A stretch of DNA of 63,951 bases, filler included, from Rhabdomonas costata (GCA_019059605.1; 42 parts of 42 records of this genome joined end to end with filler, not necessarily neighbours in it); one strand, 5' to 3'; shown: positions 38,135 through 50,367, counted from the first letter of the whole stretch. The notes: generated by a model not told the origin, from the letters alone. A program made the numbers and translations.

Positions 38135-38728
38135 TGTTGTGGTTGCTCAAAGGTGCCGGGTTTGTGGTCGCAGCCCTGTGCCTTCGGCGAGGACCCCACG
38201 GCGTGCCCCCCGCAGTGCTTTGTTGTCGCTGAGGGCACCCACCGCCGTGAGCTCCGCCTCACTGACGCCGATGGCAAGGACCACAGCGCCCGCCTGGAGG
38301 CCCTGCTGTGCATGGGGCAGCCCGGGACCACCACAGTGACCTTCGAGATCACGGCCCACCCGAAGGGCTTCATCTTCTTCGGGTTGGCCCCGGTAACCTC
38401 GTGCGTCGACATGCAACAAGCCAACGTGTATCCCGGACATTCCGAGTGGAATGGGCTTTGCTTCATCACCGATGGGTATTTCTGCCACAAAGGAGTCGAA
38501 AAGCACATCCCTGGGATCGTTCTTAAGGTCGGGGACCACGTTGAGATTCGGGTGGACCGCGGTGACTTCAAGGACCCCACAGGGGGCACCGTTGTGATCG
38601 CCGTCAACGGCACTGCTGTGGTGGGCGGTGGAGACCCCCCCGCCCCACTGCCGCTGGGCTTCACCGAGGACGCCTACATCGTGGTAACGATGAGGAATGC
38701 CGGTAACGCCGTACGAGTGGTTGGGTGA
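38135..38728 (+). CDS. C-terminal SPRY/B30.2-like (ConA-fold) domain, terminal exon ending in TGA
   Basis: VTFEI..FIFFGLA..GLCFITDG..LKVGDHVEIRVD..GTVVIAVNG..AYIVVTM..VRVV fits the SPRY strand pattern; strong GC3 bias. Confidence 0.7.
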   Translation, partial: CCGCSKVPGLWSQPCAFGEDPTACPPQCFVVAEGTHRRELRLTDADGKDHSARLEALLCMGQPGTTTVTFEITAHPKGFIFFGLAPVTSCVDMQQANVYPGHSEWNGLCFITDGYFCHKGVEKHIPGIVLKVGDHVEIRVDRGDFKDPTGGTVVIAVNGTAVVGGGDPPAPLPLGFTEDAYIVVTMRNAGNAVRVVG

Positions 38729-39659
38729 GCCCACTGTGAGGTGAGTGTGCGAGATTGTGTGTCGAGATGCAGTATGCTTGGTTGGGTTTCCCCCGCCCAC
38801 TGAGCTCGTGTGAACCCCGCTTTCGTTCTTGGACCACGTTTGCAGACGTCCTCTCCATTAATTGCATTATTTGGATGGAGGAAGAGGGAAGTGCGGAGAG
38901 TAGTAGAGGACGCTCCGTGCGGTTTCTGCTGTGCGGTGTAGCATCCCACTCTGTGAAGAGGGTTATTTTTTAGAGCATGTTTTGATTTTGTGTCAGTTCA
39001 TGGTTCGCGTTCTCAATGATTCTTTTTGCCATCCGTGTTCCCTCTGTGTGTCTGTGACGCCGCTTCTTGGGGAGGGGGGTTGACTTACGAACACACACAC
39101 ACACACACACTTCAGCTTTCACATTTGACATCTACGTTGAGGGGCGACTTTTTCGTTTGCGGGTCGGAGCGGGGGGTGGGAGGGTTGTATCAGGGCCACG
39201 CTTCAGCTGTCGCATGTGCTTTCAACTCGAACAAAGACGCTCACGCGTGACCGCATCCTGTTTGAAAATGTGGCTCTGTTGTCATGTTGGATGTTTGCCT
39301 TGTCTTTCTGGTGGCCATCCCATCCATGCGGAGAAATGAACCACACAGCAAACCAAAGCTTGGGTCTTTTCAACCCGCCGTTCCCTTGCTCCGGTTCCAA
39401 AGCTTACGAATGTGTTCCCCTCAAAATCTAGAGCTGTCAGCTATGATGTTGAAGCGTTGCGATGGGTTAAGAAGCTTTTTCCTGTGCAGTGGCATGATGG
39501 CAGAGCTTTGGGTTCCTCCGCCTCTCGAATAAGAGGCCACTTATCGCCATTCCCGAGACNNNNNNNNNNNNNNNNNNNNNNNNNNNNNNNNNNNNNNNNN
39601 NNNTTAATTAATTAANNNNNNNNNNNNNNNNNNNNNNNNNNNNNNNNNNNNNNNNNNNN

Positions 39660-39786
39660 AAGGTACCATGGGCCGACAAGGGTGTGAGGCCCGATGGGCC
39701 CATGCCCCATCGAAAGGTGGGAGCCCAGGGGGGAAGTGGACCTCGAGTCCTCCCCAGAAAAAACTTGACCTTGCCAAGTGCACCAA
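39660..39786 (+). repeat. 127-nt direct repeat, copy A (contig start)
   Basis: Aligns without gaps to 40951-41077 with 6 substitutions. Confidence 0.95.
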
Positions 39787-39972
39787 GTATGTGTGTGTGT
39801 CAGAAACCCGAGGCACATGAGGAATCACAAAAAACGCGGCATCCACACAAGCACACTTGAGCATGCCAGACGTTCAGACAAAAACAACAACACAACTTTC
39901 ACAAGCAATCGGTTTCGGAGTTGTGCACGGCAGTGAACAAAACAGAAGGTGGGATTCAACACAAAGACATAC

Positions 39973-40192
39973 CGTGGGCGTCGGCGATGGGCACGCAGAG
40001 CACGGACTTCGTGCGGTAGCCCGTCTGCTTGTCAATGGCGGAGTTGAAGAGGCTGTTGGTGTAGGCATCGGGGACGTTCAGTAGCCGCCCCGTGGACACC
40101 ACGCTGCCCGCAATGCCCACACCCAGTGGCAGCCGCACCACGTTGAAGTCGTGCTCACCCACGCTCTTGCTATAGCAGCAAAGCTGCGTGCC
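39973..40192 (-). CDS. GAF domain exon (cyclic-nucleotide phosphodiesterase/cyclase type)
   Basis: VRLPLGVGIAGSVVSTGRLLNVPDAYTNSLFNSAIDKQTGYRTKSVLCVPI is the classic cNMP-GAF signature; CAG acceptor and GTATGT donor. Confidence 0.93.
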
Positions 40193-40950
40193 CTGGACAG
40201 ACGCGGAATCGAAGAAAAGGGAACGAAAGCGATCGCTCCATCCAGAGTATATAAAAAACCATCATAATGGAAATACACAGCGCCACTGTTCTGTTCAGAG
40301 GAAAGAGTTTTTTCTACTTTCCTATTTAGGGTTTTCGGGAACAGACGCATCACCACAACTCTGTCGGTCGGTCGGTCGGTCGGTTCGGCGGGAAAAAAGC
40401 ACCACACTTGATTTCCAGGGTTTTCAGGAATGACCAGAGAAGAGGAGAGGGACCGGGCACCGTAAGGAAGAAGAGCGCTCTTTCGAAGGAGGTCAAAGCA
40501 ATGTGGAGGGAGAGAATGAGAGAGGGGATAGAGAGAGACGAAACCACACCCCGTCGTCCTTGAGGAAAATCGTGCACCGATCACACTGCGGGCAACCTTA
40601 GCTTGCTCCTGGAAAAAGCGGGAAAGGCGAAAAAAGCGTCTGATAGGAAACGAAAAGAAAAAAGCGTTTGATAGGAAAGATGGCCTCTCCAATTAATGCT
40701 TAATGCAGAGCAAGGATTTCCGTCCGGAGAGCACACCCAAATAACCAAATAACAAAGGAGAGTGCAGCAGTAGATGCCAAGAAGCTTGCAGCTAGCAGAG
40801 TGTTGCCCATGTTTGTGAGAAGATCAGGGTCACTCCCCATCACTACCCCCGATCACCGTCAAATATTTCACTTTCACTCAAGTGAGCTCACGTTCACGAA
40901 CCCTTCTCCCTCCTACGTTAGATTGGGTCAGGTTACGTTACGTCGTGTGT

Positions 40951-41077
40951 AAGGTACCATGGGCTGACAAGGGTGTGAGGCCCGATGGGTCCATGCCCCA
41001 TCGAAAGGTGGGAGCCCAGGGGGGAAGTGGACCTCGAGTCCTCCACAGAAAAAACTCATCCTTGCCAAGTGCACCAA
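40951..41077 (+). repeat. 127-nt direct repeat, copy B (contig end)
   Basis: See copy A; preceded by a short gttacgttacgt tandem. Confidence 0.95.
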
Positions 41078-42373
41078 NNNNNNNNNNNNNNNNNNNNNNN
41101 NNNNNNNNNNNNNNNNNNNNNTTAATTAATTAANNNNNNNNNNNNNNNNNNNNNNNNNNNNNNNNNNNNNNNNNNNNGGGTTGTGGGGCCGTACAAATTT
41201 TAACCGAAATTGAAATCCAATTTCGGTTAAAATTTGTACGGCCCCACAACTTTTCTTTTCTTTGCGTCACACTGATCATCCGGAGGGCTGGTGGATGCGA
41301 CAGAAAACGAATGTGCTCGGTTCAGACCAACCTTGATGCTATGTATAGGCTGATACAAAAATCATAGTGGCACTTGAGGAATAACGAAAAAGGAAACATC
41401 TGGACCCACGCTGGTTTCTGAATGTGGCTTCTCTCTCCTATTTGGTTTCAGCAAGGAGTCGAGCACTTGTTGGAAATGGGTCTGGCGGACCGCGCTCGTT
41501 GTGTAGAAGCGCTGAGGCTTGCAAAGTATGCTTTGTTCAGGAAATGGGACAAAATCCTCAGAAGTGATGCCCAGTGTATACAGATATGATACGTACCTAA
41601 ACGGTTGTCCAGTGTTCTTTGTCGGCTGGCTTACTTTTTTCTCAAACATTCGCGTCTGAAGCCGTGAGTTGGTCATATTCGTCGCATGTTTTCCACTAGC
41701 TCATTTTTTCCACTGTATTCAAGTTAACTCAGCTGTTAGCGTGGAATAGTGCAGCACTCGCTCGTGTTCTTGCCTTGTCACTTGCTTGCTTTTCCAGTGG
41801 CGACGTTGACGCAGCTGCCGATTGGCTGTTGCAGGGATTATAGCACTGTTGGTGACACCGTTGGTGCGCACAAGTCCCCACCCCAACCGCGATTCTGCGG
41901 CTTCCAGGATTTTGCCGCCCTCCCGGTTTCTGACGAGAAATTCATTGACCTGTGGCTTTCTATTGCTCACTGAGGGTTACTGATTTTGCTTCTTTTTTTG
42001 CTGACGTGACGTGGCACACAATGTTGAATTTTCAATGGATTGGCATCCACAACATAATGAACTAAGCTGCCCGGTTGTTCGAAGTGAGTATGCCTTTGAG
42101 CGCGCTCGAAACACTGCAGCCCGGGAGATTTTATTCTGGTTGTACCAAGTGAGCTTTCAAATAGCAAATGAAGTTGCTGATACATTCCTAAAATGTCGTC
42201 GTCAGCTTTCGTTTATGCCAGGATTTGGGAACTTGGTTAAAGAAATCTCCCAACCTGGCTTTCTCTTCGCACACCAGCCAAGGTAACAAACACTCAGACA
42301 AGAGACATGAGAGGGTAAGAGACTGATCTTTGTTTGCTTTTAGCCGCAACGACTGTTTGGTCTCGTTTGCACA

Positions 42374-42602
42374 ATGGTAATTGGTCTTTCATCGGAAGTC
42401 TGTGCTTCACTGGTGAAGAACTTGCAGGCAAAGGGTGTGAAGTTTGAGGCCGGGCTGACGGACGAGGAGTTTACCGCAATTGAACAGCGCTGTGGGATCA
42501 AGTTTCCTCCGGATCTGCGTGCCTTTTTAGCCACTGCCCTTCCTGTCGGTGACAAGTGGACCCACTGGAGACCGATAGATCAGCTCCCAACCAACCGCAA
42601 CA
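42374..42602 (+). CDS. SMI1/KNR4 (SUKH)-like protein, N-terminus
   Basis: GVKFEAGLTDEEFTAIEQRCGIKFPPDLRAFLATALPVG..W..WR matches the SUKH-like family found in bacteria and plants. Confidence 0.8.
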
Positions 42603-44479
42603 NNNNNNNNNNNNNNNNNNNNNNNNNNNNNNNNNNNNNNNNNNNNTTAATTAATTAANNNNNNNNNNNNNNNNNNNNNNNNNNNNNNNNNNNNNNNNNN
42701 NNGGGTTTGGGGCAACGAAGAGAAGAGGCATAAGAGCATTTCCCGAATGAACGGCTCCACAGCACCAGCCTGTGCGAGCCCGTCATCTCTCCTCTAGGCG
42801 GCATCTCTCCCCGATGCCGTACCAGGAGCGGGATATGCTCTTATGCCTCTTCTCTTCGTTGCCCCAATCCCTTTTTTGCTGCCGTCGCGTGGTTCGCGCT
42901 GCGTGTGAGAGCGCCTTTAGGAATGGGCTCCCAGCTCTTTACCGCACCCTCTGTACGATGCACCCGGTGCCCTTTCGGGGCCGCCTCTCGGGGCTTGCTC
43001 TGCAGCGTGCGCCGGATGCCTTTTGCCCTTTTGTGTGCCTCTGTTTGACTGGGAGGGTTGGGGAAGCGAGTTGGGCTTTGCTATGCTTGTCGGGCTTTGC
43101 GGTCTTCTCCAAGGGCGGCGCTACATTGCGCGGCGTTGGGATTGCGCTGGTCGCTGGAAAGCAGACCCTTCCCTTCGCCTCCCGTACGACTCGGCTTTTG
43201 TACAATTCCTCGTGTGATTTTGTGTGACCGCTTGCCCCCGCAGAAGTCCTCATTGAGTCTCGTCCTTGACTTCATTAATGTCAAAGGATCTCAGAATCCC
43301 ATCCCAAGCGGGTGTCGATGAACGCCCATGCTCCAAGGCGTAATAGTGAGCGCAAGCAAGGAGGACTGTGAATTCGTTTCTACCGATTTTTGCCTGAGTC
43401 AAGCAAGTGTGGAATTATTATTTTCCACTGGGGGTGCGTTCCGTGGTGTTGTGAAGCTTGATGAATCGCCTGTAATGGTGTTAAGACTGGTTGTTACGAC
43501 AATTGAAGTGACCTTCAGCCTTTCAAAGTGGTCACGATTGCCATAGGTTATGATCATCACGGCACCAATTCCTGGACACGGGGCGGTAATTCTCGTGCGT
43601 CCTATCCGATTGCAGGCTGTCTTTCCTTCCTTCTTCTTCAGCCACAGGGCCACTGCCCCTCGCTGAACCTTTGCTTGTTCACCCCCATCCATTTTTGTAC
43701 GTGTGTTCATATGCGGTGAGGCGGGGCAAAGAGCGGAGCCGTGTGTGCGGCAAGAGGCTTTTTGAAGGTGCTGTGAATCTGTTCAATCGGAAAGAGCTTT
43801 CTGTGGCTTGCGTGGTGGTTTCCCTTTGAGCCCATGGCGGAGGCGGACACGGACTGCCTTACGGCCTACTCGTCCCTGCAGAGCGGAGGTTGGCATCCGT
43901 TGTCTTGTGTACGTGCAACTTCATGATGCAAAGGAATTCTGGCATCACATTGCGAGCATTCACCACACCACCCGTGCCCCAGAGGACAGAAACAGCTTCC
44001 TTGTTTTCCACCTTGCTGTGCTACGCTTCTGCTTGAGTGGTGATTGTTAACAGTGTGAAGGTTCCCTCGACCCCAAACACACGTCCGCTATGGCCGCCCG
44101 CTGCTACCGGGCCGCGTACCCAAACCCNNNNNNNNNNNNNNNNNNNNNNNNNNNNNNNNNNNNNNNNNNNNTTAATTAATTAANNNNNNNNNNNNNNNNN
44201 NNNNNNNNNNNNNNNNNNNNNNNNNNNTGTGGTGTGGGTAGGCTCAGCACTGGTCCCATCAACACTGACCACTCGAATCCAATCCAAGGAGGAGACAGTT
44301 AGTTGTCGTTACCTCGAGCGAAGTATTATTTGACTGAAGTCCTGAATCTCTGCGGGCTCCGGTACGACGCATGGTTGCACCTCGCATGAAAGAAAGGTCA
44401 CCGGGATCAGGAATTGCACTCCGCTTATGTGTGGAGCTCGCCATCCTCGCTCTGTATGTGTGCCTGTGCGCGCTCTCAG

Positions 44480-45539
44480 CTAAGCTTCAGCGAGGCTATG
44501 AAGGTGTTGACGGAGCATTGCGGGCTGAGTGTGGTGCAGGCCGAGGTGGCCTTGACGTGGGGGACGCTTTCGGTGACTGTTCCTTCGGCTTCAGTTGGTG
44601 CGCAAGCCCACAGCAACTCCAAAAGAAGCACTTTGCCAGTGCTCCCCAAATGCGTGCACTTTACAGCTCAAAACGACAAATGGCTAAGGGACCAGGTATT
44701 TTCGGGATTGAGGGACGGCATGTTCGCGACCTTTGAGCAGCACCTTCGCTCCTTCTTTGGGAGAAATGCGCCGTCACCGTCTCCGCGGGTCAGTATTTTT
44801 TGTTTCAAAAAGTATTTAAACAAGTCTTTAAAGGCCCCCTGTGCTACGTTCATAACGCAACCATCCCCTCTGGCCATGCAGAAGACTATAGTGGCCCACT
44901 CTGTCCATAGATTGTGTTCAGTTCAAAAAGTCGTGGGTGACGTCTATCTCTTTCTTATTCTAATTACCCGGGACAAAGGATTGTGTTTTAAATGCGGTCT
45001 TTATCCGGCTTCGACGTTCTCGACCTCTCAGGACAATTGTCATGTGGCTTTGCAGCGTCGTTCACCCGCAAGGATTTGGTCGACCCTGAATGGGAGCCCC
45101 AGCTTTTGGCCCTGATGCGGTCCCATGTGGGTATTTTCGATCACCCCAACCCCTTAATGGAAGCCGCCCGGCAGCTCAATGATGAGACCCGCTGTCACGC
45201 CCTTGCGAAGGCCGCGGAGGCCACGGCGTTCGCCCTGCAGCACTTCTCCTCGCACGGCGGAAAAGGCGTGCTTGCTGTGGCGACGTGCCGGTGGTGGACC
45301 AGTGGGGAGCCCTCGGGGTCTCGGTTTGTGGCGCCCTATGCGGAAATCAACTCCGCTCTGCGAGAGAAAAAGGACACGCCGAAGCTGCGGCAGTGCATGG
45401 ACGCCATTGTGCTTCTGGTTTGGGCACTAGAGAACCTGCCGGCGGTTCCAGAGTTCGAGAAGGGGGCCTTCGACAGCACGCGGTACACGGCATGGATCTT
45501 CCCTGGGTTCGAGAACTACAGCCCTGCAGCCCATTTCAG
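44480..45539 (+). CDS. Protein with an NAD:arginine ADP-ribosyltransferase-like domain; probable exons 44480-44788 and 45073-45539
   Basis: RWWT..PYAEINSALR..KLRQCMDAIVLLVWALENLP..STR..WIFP resembles the YT..Y..LN.ALR..L..AL..LP..YRG N-terminal half of ART domains. Confidence 0.6.
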
Positions 45540-48500
45540 GTGTTTGCGTGTGTGCTCTGTGTCTGCCCCTTTTTTTTGCACCGCACATCAGTCCGGTTTC
45601 CGCTGCCTTGGCTGTGATTTACTGCCGGACTGATGTGCGGTGCAAAAAAACCNNNNNNNNNNNNNNNNNNNNNNNNNNNNNNNNNNNNNNNNNNNNTTAA
45701 TTAATTAANNNNNNNNNNNNNNNNNNNNNNNNNNNNNNNNNNNNNNNNNNNNGGTGTTGTGGAAAGATATCCGCCGTTGCTTTGCTTAGAGGACATGCAT
45801 GGCCTTTGGGGGGTGGATCTGCGCAAGTGTGCTTTCACATGCGAGGAGCAGATTTTCATGGAAAGAATAATATTCCATCCCCGGCACAAACCCAGCTGAA
45901 GCAGGGTCTCGATATTTGCTTTCCAGGGAGAGTTTCGCGATCAGCTGATTGAGACGGTCCTTCCAAAAAAGTTTCCGGTGCGTCTCCTCCCCTCCTCTCC
46001 TTCCCCATGCGAGTATAGTGAGTACATGTGTCACATTATATGCTGTGTTGCGTTTGCGTTCCACAGCATGCATTCTTGCATGGGTTTCGGGAAGTTGAGC
46101 CATGGGGAGTGTGGGGATACTCGAAGTGTGTGGGTACTCGAGTGTGGGGATACTTTGGGTGAAGCTTGATGCAGACTGTAAAGGTGAACAATAATCTTAC
46201 GTCATTTGGTGGCTTTTTTTGTAAATTTGCACAAAAATGACTCATTGGTGGTGTCATTAAAATGAAATGGTCTCTTATTTGCATTATTGTTCTGAGCAGA
46301 GTTGAGAGCTTCTTTCGAAGCATTTTGTCATCCCGCCTGATTTATTTTCCGCGAGACGTGAGCTTATACAAGGAACCGTGCGTGTACTTTTTTGCCCGCC
46401 CACACGCTCACAGCAAGTTCCGCGTGAGGCGGTGTTTCTTGTGGATGAAAGTGGAAAGAACAGGACACCAGCGTATGACTGAGAGTGCCTGTGTTTCGGC
46501 TTTGCCGTGCCGTGGACTTTTGTGGAACTGGGATGTGGGTTGGACGATTCGCAGTGGTGGTGGATGCTCCCCCCTTTTCTTTTTCAAGTTCAGGGTGCAA
46601 GCGGGTGTCGGACTAATGTGCACGTGTTTACTTTGCATGTCATTCCAGCCGTGGTTTAAAACGAGGCACTATAAGCCTACCCGCGCATATCCCGTTTTGG
46701 CTTGGGGACACCCGGCGGAAGAAGCCGTTTCGTGAAGGCCAGCATCCCAATTACAAGCTGGATCTGTTGCGGTGGGGTTTCCACTTGCGCGCGCACCAAC
46801 AACGTGGCAAAATCGAAAGCCAGATGCAACCACCGGTCCCCGAATGAACGGCCCCTGTGATTTGCACCTGCGCTCCGATGACCCAACGTTGGCTTCAACG
46901 TGGGCGTAGAGCACAACAAACAGAAAGTGGGCAAAATGACGCGCCCAAAGCTTGATTTGCACTATTTTGCTGGGGCATTTGCGGTGGGTTTACGTTTTTG
47001 TGTGTGGGGTGCCCGCTGTTGATAGGTTCTCACCCTCGCACCCGCCAAACAGCGGGGGCAACATGTTTTTCTTGCTCTTCTTGGTCTCTTTCTGCCCTTT
47101 TGGGTCTTTGCGCCTAAGCGTTATCAACCCCCCGCGAAGGGAGGGCGTCCCCTACCGCCCCGGATACACCCACCAACNNNNNNNNNNNNNNNNNNNNNNN
47201 NNNNNNNNNNNNNNNNNNNNNTTAATTAATTAANNNNNNNNNNNNNNNNNNNNNNNNNNNNNNNNNNNNNNNNNNNNGTTGGGGGTCCACCACTCATGCA
47301 CCCCCAGGACCCCCGGACCCCCCACCTTTAGAATTTCTCTTTGGTCTTTAGTTTTCGGGTTTTCGTGCATTTGGGTTTTGGCCTTCTGGTATTTGGGGTT
47401 CCTCTTCGGAGGTTGGGTTCTGGGTTCGGGGTTCGTGAAGTCCTTCGGGATCTCACAGGTATCCGTGTATAGCCGGCTGCAGGTCAATGATGCTGTAGGA
47501 CCGAGGACTGACGTGAGTAGCAAGCCTTCATTTCCTTCCACACGATAAATTATCAAGCTAACGTATCCCAGTAGCTGCGAGTAGTAAGGGCTGGTCACCC
47601 TGAAGTTCAACGTCTGGGTTGTGCGGTGGTCTCAGGTTCGCCTGGAAATACGTGTGTAGTGGTCCGGCGAGGCCATATGGAAGATTCCAGTTGGTGGTCC
47701 CTCTGATGAAAGTCCTAGTGATGGATGCTAGGCTATGGCGTAAACCAGCCCCATGATGAGGTAAGGCGCACGATAACCGGTGGAACGGTATGGGTATATG
47801 TCACCATGCGTATATCACACCCAAGTACACTCAAGTCGTGATGCTGAACCCGATCTTGGCGTGGGAGGTGAGCCTGCTGACAACCCAATGCGTTGTATGC
47901 GTATTGGCAATGGTTGCAGGCCTCTCAGAGTCTGGCGCCCTACCAACATCTCACATGAACCTGAGTGCTGGAGTTAGCGTAGTAGGTAGAACCATACATA
48001 TATACGTGTATGTAGCGGTAGAACCACAGCTAATGTACCCACGTGCAGTAGTAATGGCGATGGAGGTAGTGGTCAAGCGATCATACCCACTGGAGGTAGC
48101 ATCACCACACCCGTTGGTACAGCACCACAGATGGAACTATGCGCTAGATCTACCCACTCACCCTACGCTATGGTGGTAGTGGTGCTATCCTCTTAGGGTA
48201 ACACACACATAGAAGGTAGAGGTCGATGGTAGTGGTAGCATCGAAGCAGCAGAGTATGGTCGTACCAAGCACCAAGGTTAACCCAACCTGAGACAAACAT
48301 CCGAAGTGGAGGTCGCCGAGACCGACCATGCCAGATGTTGTTGGGTAACATGGCTGCTTGAGGCTGACTGTGATGCGTTGATGCAAGCAGTAGCATGACC
48401 AAGGTAACTCTGACGTGATGGCACCCACCACTCCGACAGAAGGGCACAGGGGATGTCCAACGCTACCCTGCTGTTACACTGTCAATGCGATGCTGGGATG

Positions 48501-48971
48501 CTGCCATGGTTCAGAGGGCCTTGGATCATGCACTGTGTTGACGTCACCATCCCTCAGCACCAGTACCATCCAACGCATGAACCCAACGATGGAGTGAGAC
48601 AGAACGCACTGATCCACACAGTAGAAGGGATGAAGCGTATGGTTGATGCTGGAATGACCAACCCTAACCCTTCAACGTAAGCCTAAACCTAAGGGGTGTA
48701 TTCCTNNNNNNNNNNNNNNNNNNNNNNNNNNNNNNNNNNNNNNNNNNNNTTAATTAATTAANNNNNNNNNNNNNNNNNNNNNNNNNNNNNNNNNNNNNNN
48801 NNNNNGGTGGTGGGGTTGGAAAATAAACACCGTTTTCTTCTTTGACTTGGGCACATCAACTCGCTTTCATATCATTTGAAGCCTCATGGTAAAGAAGCGG
48901 ACTCGATGTCCCGATGTCCCTTCTCTTTATTATGAACCTGTGTCAAGCGCGCCTTCTGTCTCGTCTCCCAG

Positions 48972-50080
48972 CTCAAGCAATGGCACCACCACTTCCTCAC
49001 CGTGGTCCAGGAAACCGTGAACGCGCACAAGGGGATGGTGGACAAGGTTCTGGGGGACCGTGTGCTGTGCCTGTGGAACGTGCCGCGGAAGTGTGCGCGT
49101 TCGGAGTACTTCGCGGTGAAGGCCGGGCTGGCGATGGTGGGGAAGTGGTCGGGGATGTCGTCGGAGCTACGGGAGCCGTCGGAGGCGCAGGAGGGCAGCG
49201 GGTCGGAGCTGAAGATGCGAGTGGGCATTGCGAGCTCCGTGGTGACATTTGGAAACTTCGGCAGCGACACGATGAAGGTGTGTTTTTTCCATGGGGTGTA
49301 TTTGATTCGTTTCTCTGCATATGAAATTGCTTGGGTTGTGTGTGGTTATTTTTTTTGCGTGCCTGTGTCTCACTATTTCCTGGGAATCACTTTACAGCCT
49401 TTCATTTCTCGCCCCCCCCCCTTTTTTTTTGTGTGTGGGGAGATCATGCTCTTCCGGTTTTTGTGCACTCAGGTGTTCACAGTGGTTGGAGAGGCCGTGG
49501 AGGTTGCTGTGGCACTGCAGCGCGTGGGGTGCAAGGAGCATGGGGTTCCCGTGTTGGTGACGGAGGCCGTAGCGAAGCAGGTACGGTGGCCAAGAGTTTG
49601 GAACAGTCCTGCTTCTTTTGCTGGGTTTTTTGTTGCATTTTTTATGTATTTGTGTTTGCTGTCCTCCGTGTGTGACGCGGAGCAGACAGTTTCTGTACCC
49701 TTACTTCTTCTTGTTCCCCTTTTGGTGTGGGTTCTCTCACCCCAGATGCTCCGTGCACGTTTCTGCGTATTTCTGCGGTCGATGGCATCTCCCTGTTCCA
49801 ATTCACCCCACCGCTCCCGGTGGTGTTCAGCGGGTCAGGGCTAGTATAGTCACAAGACGCGACTAGTTCGTCAGTCTGCGCCCTGCGCATGTACTCTTTC
49901 CCCTTCTCCTAGTCGGTGTCTTTTGTCGTCAGGTGGAGTGTCAGATGCCCTGCCTGCCCTGCTCGGTGCTTCGGCTTGCGTACCGGACCCCGGCGAAGGT
50001 GGTGCCTTGCCTGCGGCCCCTGCACGAGTCTACGGAGATCTCTGAGGATCAGGACCTGGAGTATGTTGCTGCCAGGGGCG
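48972..50080 (+). CDS. Class III adenylate/guanylate cyclase-like domain, exons 48972-49277, 49473-49580, 49933-50080
   Basis: HKGMVDKVLGDRVLCLWN..LKMRVGIASSVVTFGNFGSDTMK-VFTVVGEAV..A..LQ..VPVLVTEAV; phase-0 GT-AG introns. Confidence 0.88.
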
Positions 50081-50367
50081 GTGCGTGTGTAGTTTGACGA
50101 GCCGGTGACGAGCAGAGGATGAGGGGAAAGCAGGAGGTCAGCGGACAATTAATAGTGTAGGGGCCTCAGCACTCACGGATGCCATTGCACACACTCCTTC
50201 TGTGGGTGTGCTTCCCTTCACTCCCCCGCGNNNNNNNNNNNNNNNNNNNNNNNNNNNNNNNNNNNNNNNNNNNNTTAATTAATTAANNNNNNNNNNNNNN
50301 NNNNNNNNNNNNNNNNNNNNNNNNNNNNNNTAATACATGCAGTTAATTGTACCTCCTCTTCTCGCAG

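Noticed and set aside
42374-45539. SUKH immunity gene plus ART toxin as a linked toxin-immunity system
   Set aside because: They lie on different contigs placed near each other only by length sorting.
47703-47750. CTGATGA plus a stem as a hammerhead ribozyme
   Set aside because: No GAAA after stem II and no stems I/III.
47770-48170. Degenerate DIRS-like RT (minus strand) or nad1-like peptide (plus strand)
   Set aside because: Only vague resemblance by eye, with no intact catalytic or signature motif.
48661-48692. Telomere (also TTAGGG-like words near 209-230, 8372-8382 and 13255-13278)
   Set aside because: Only one or two degenerate units, with no array.
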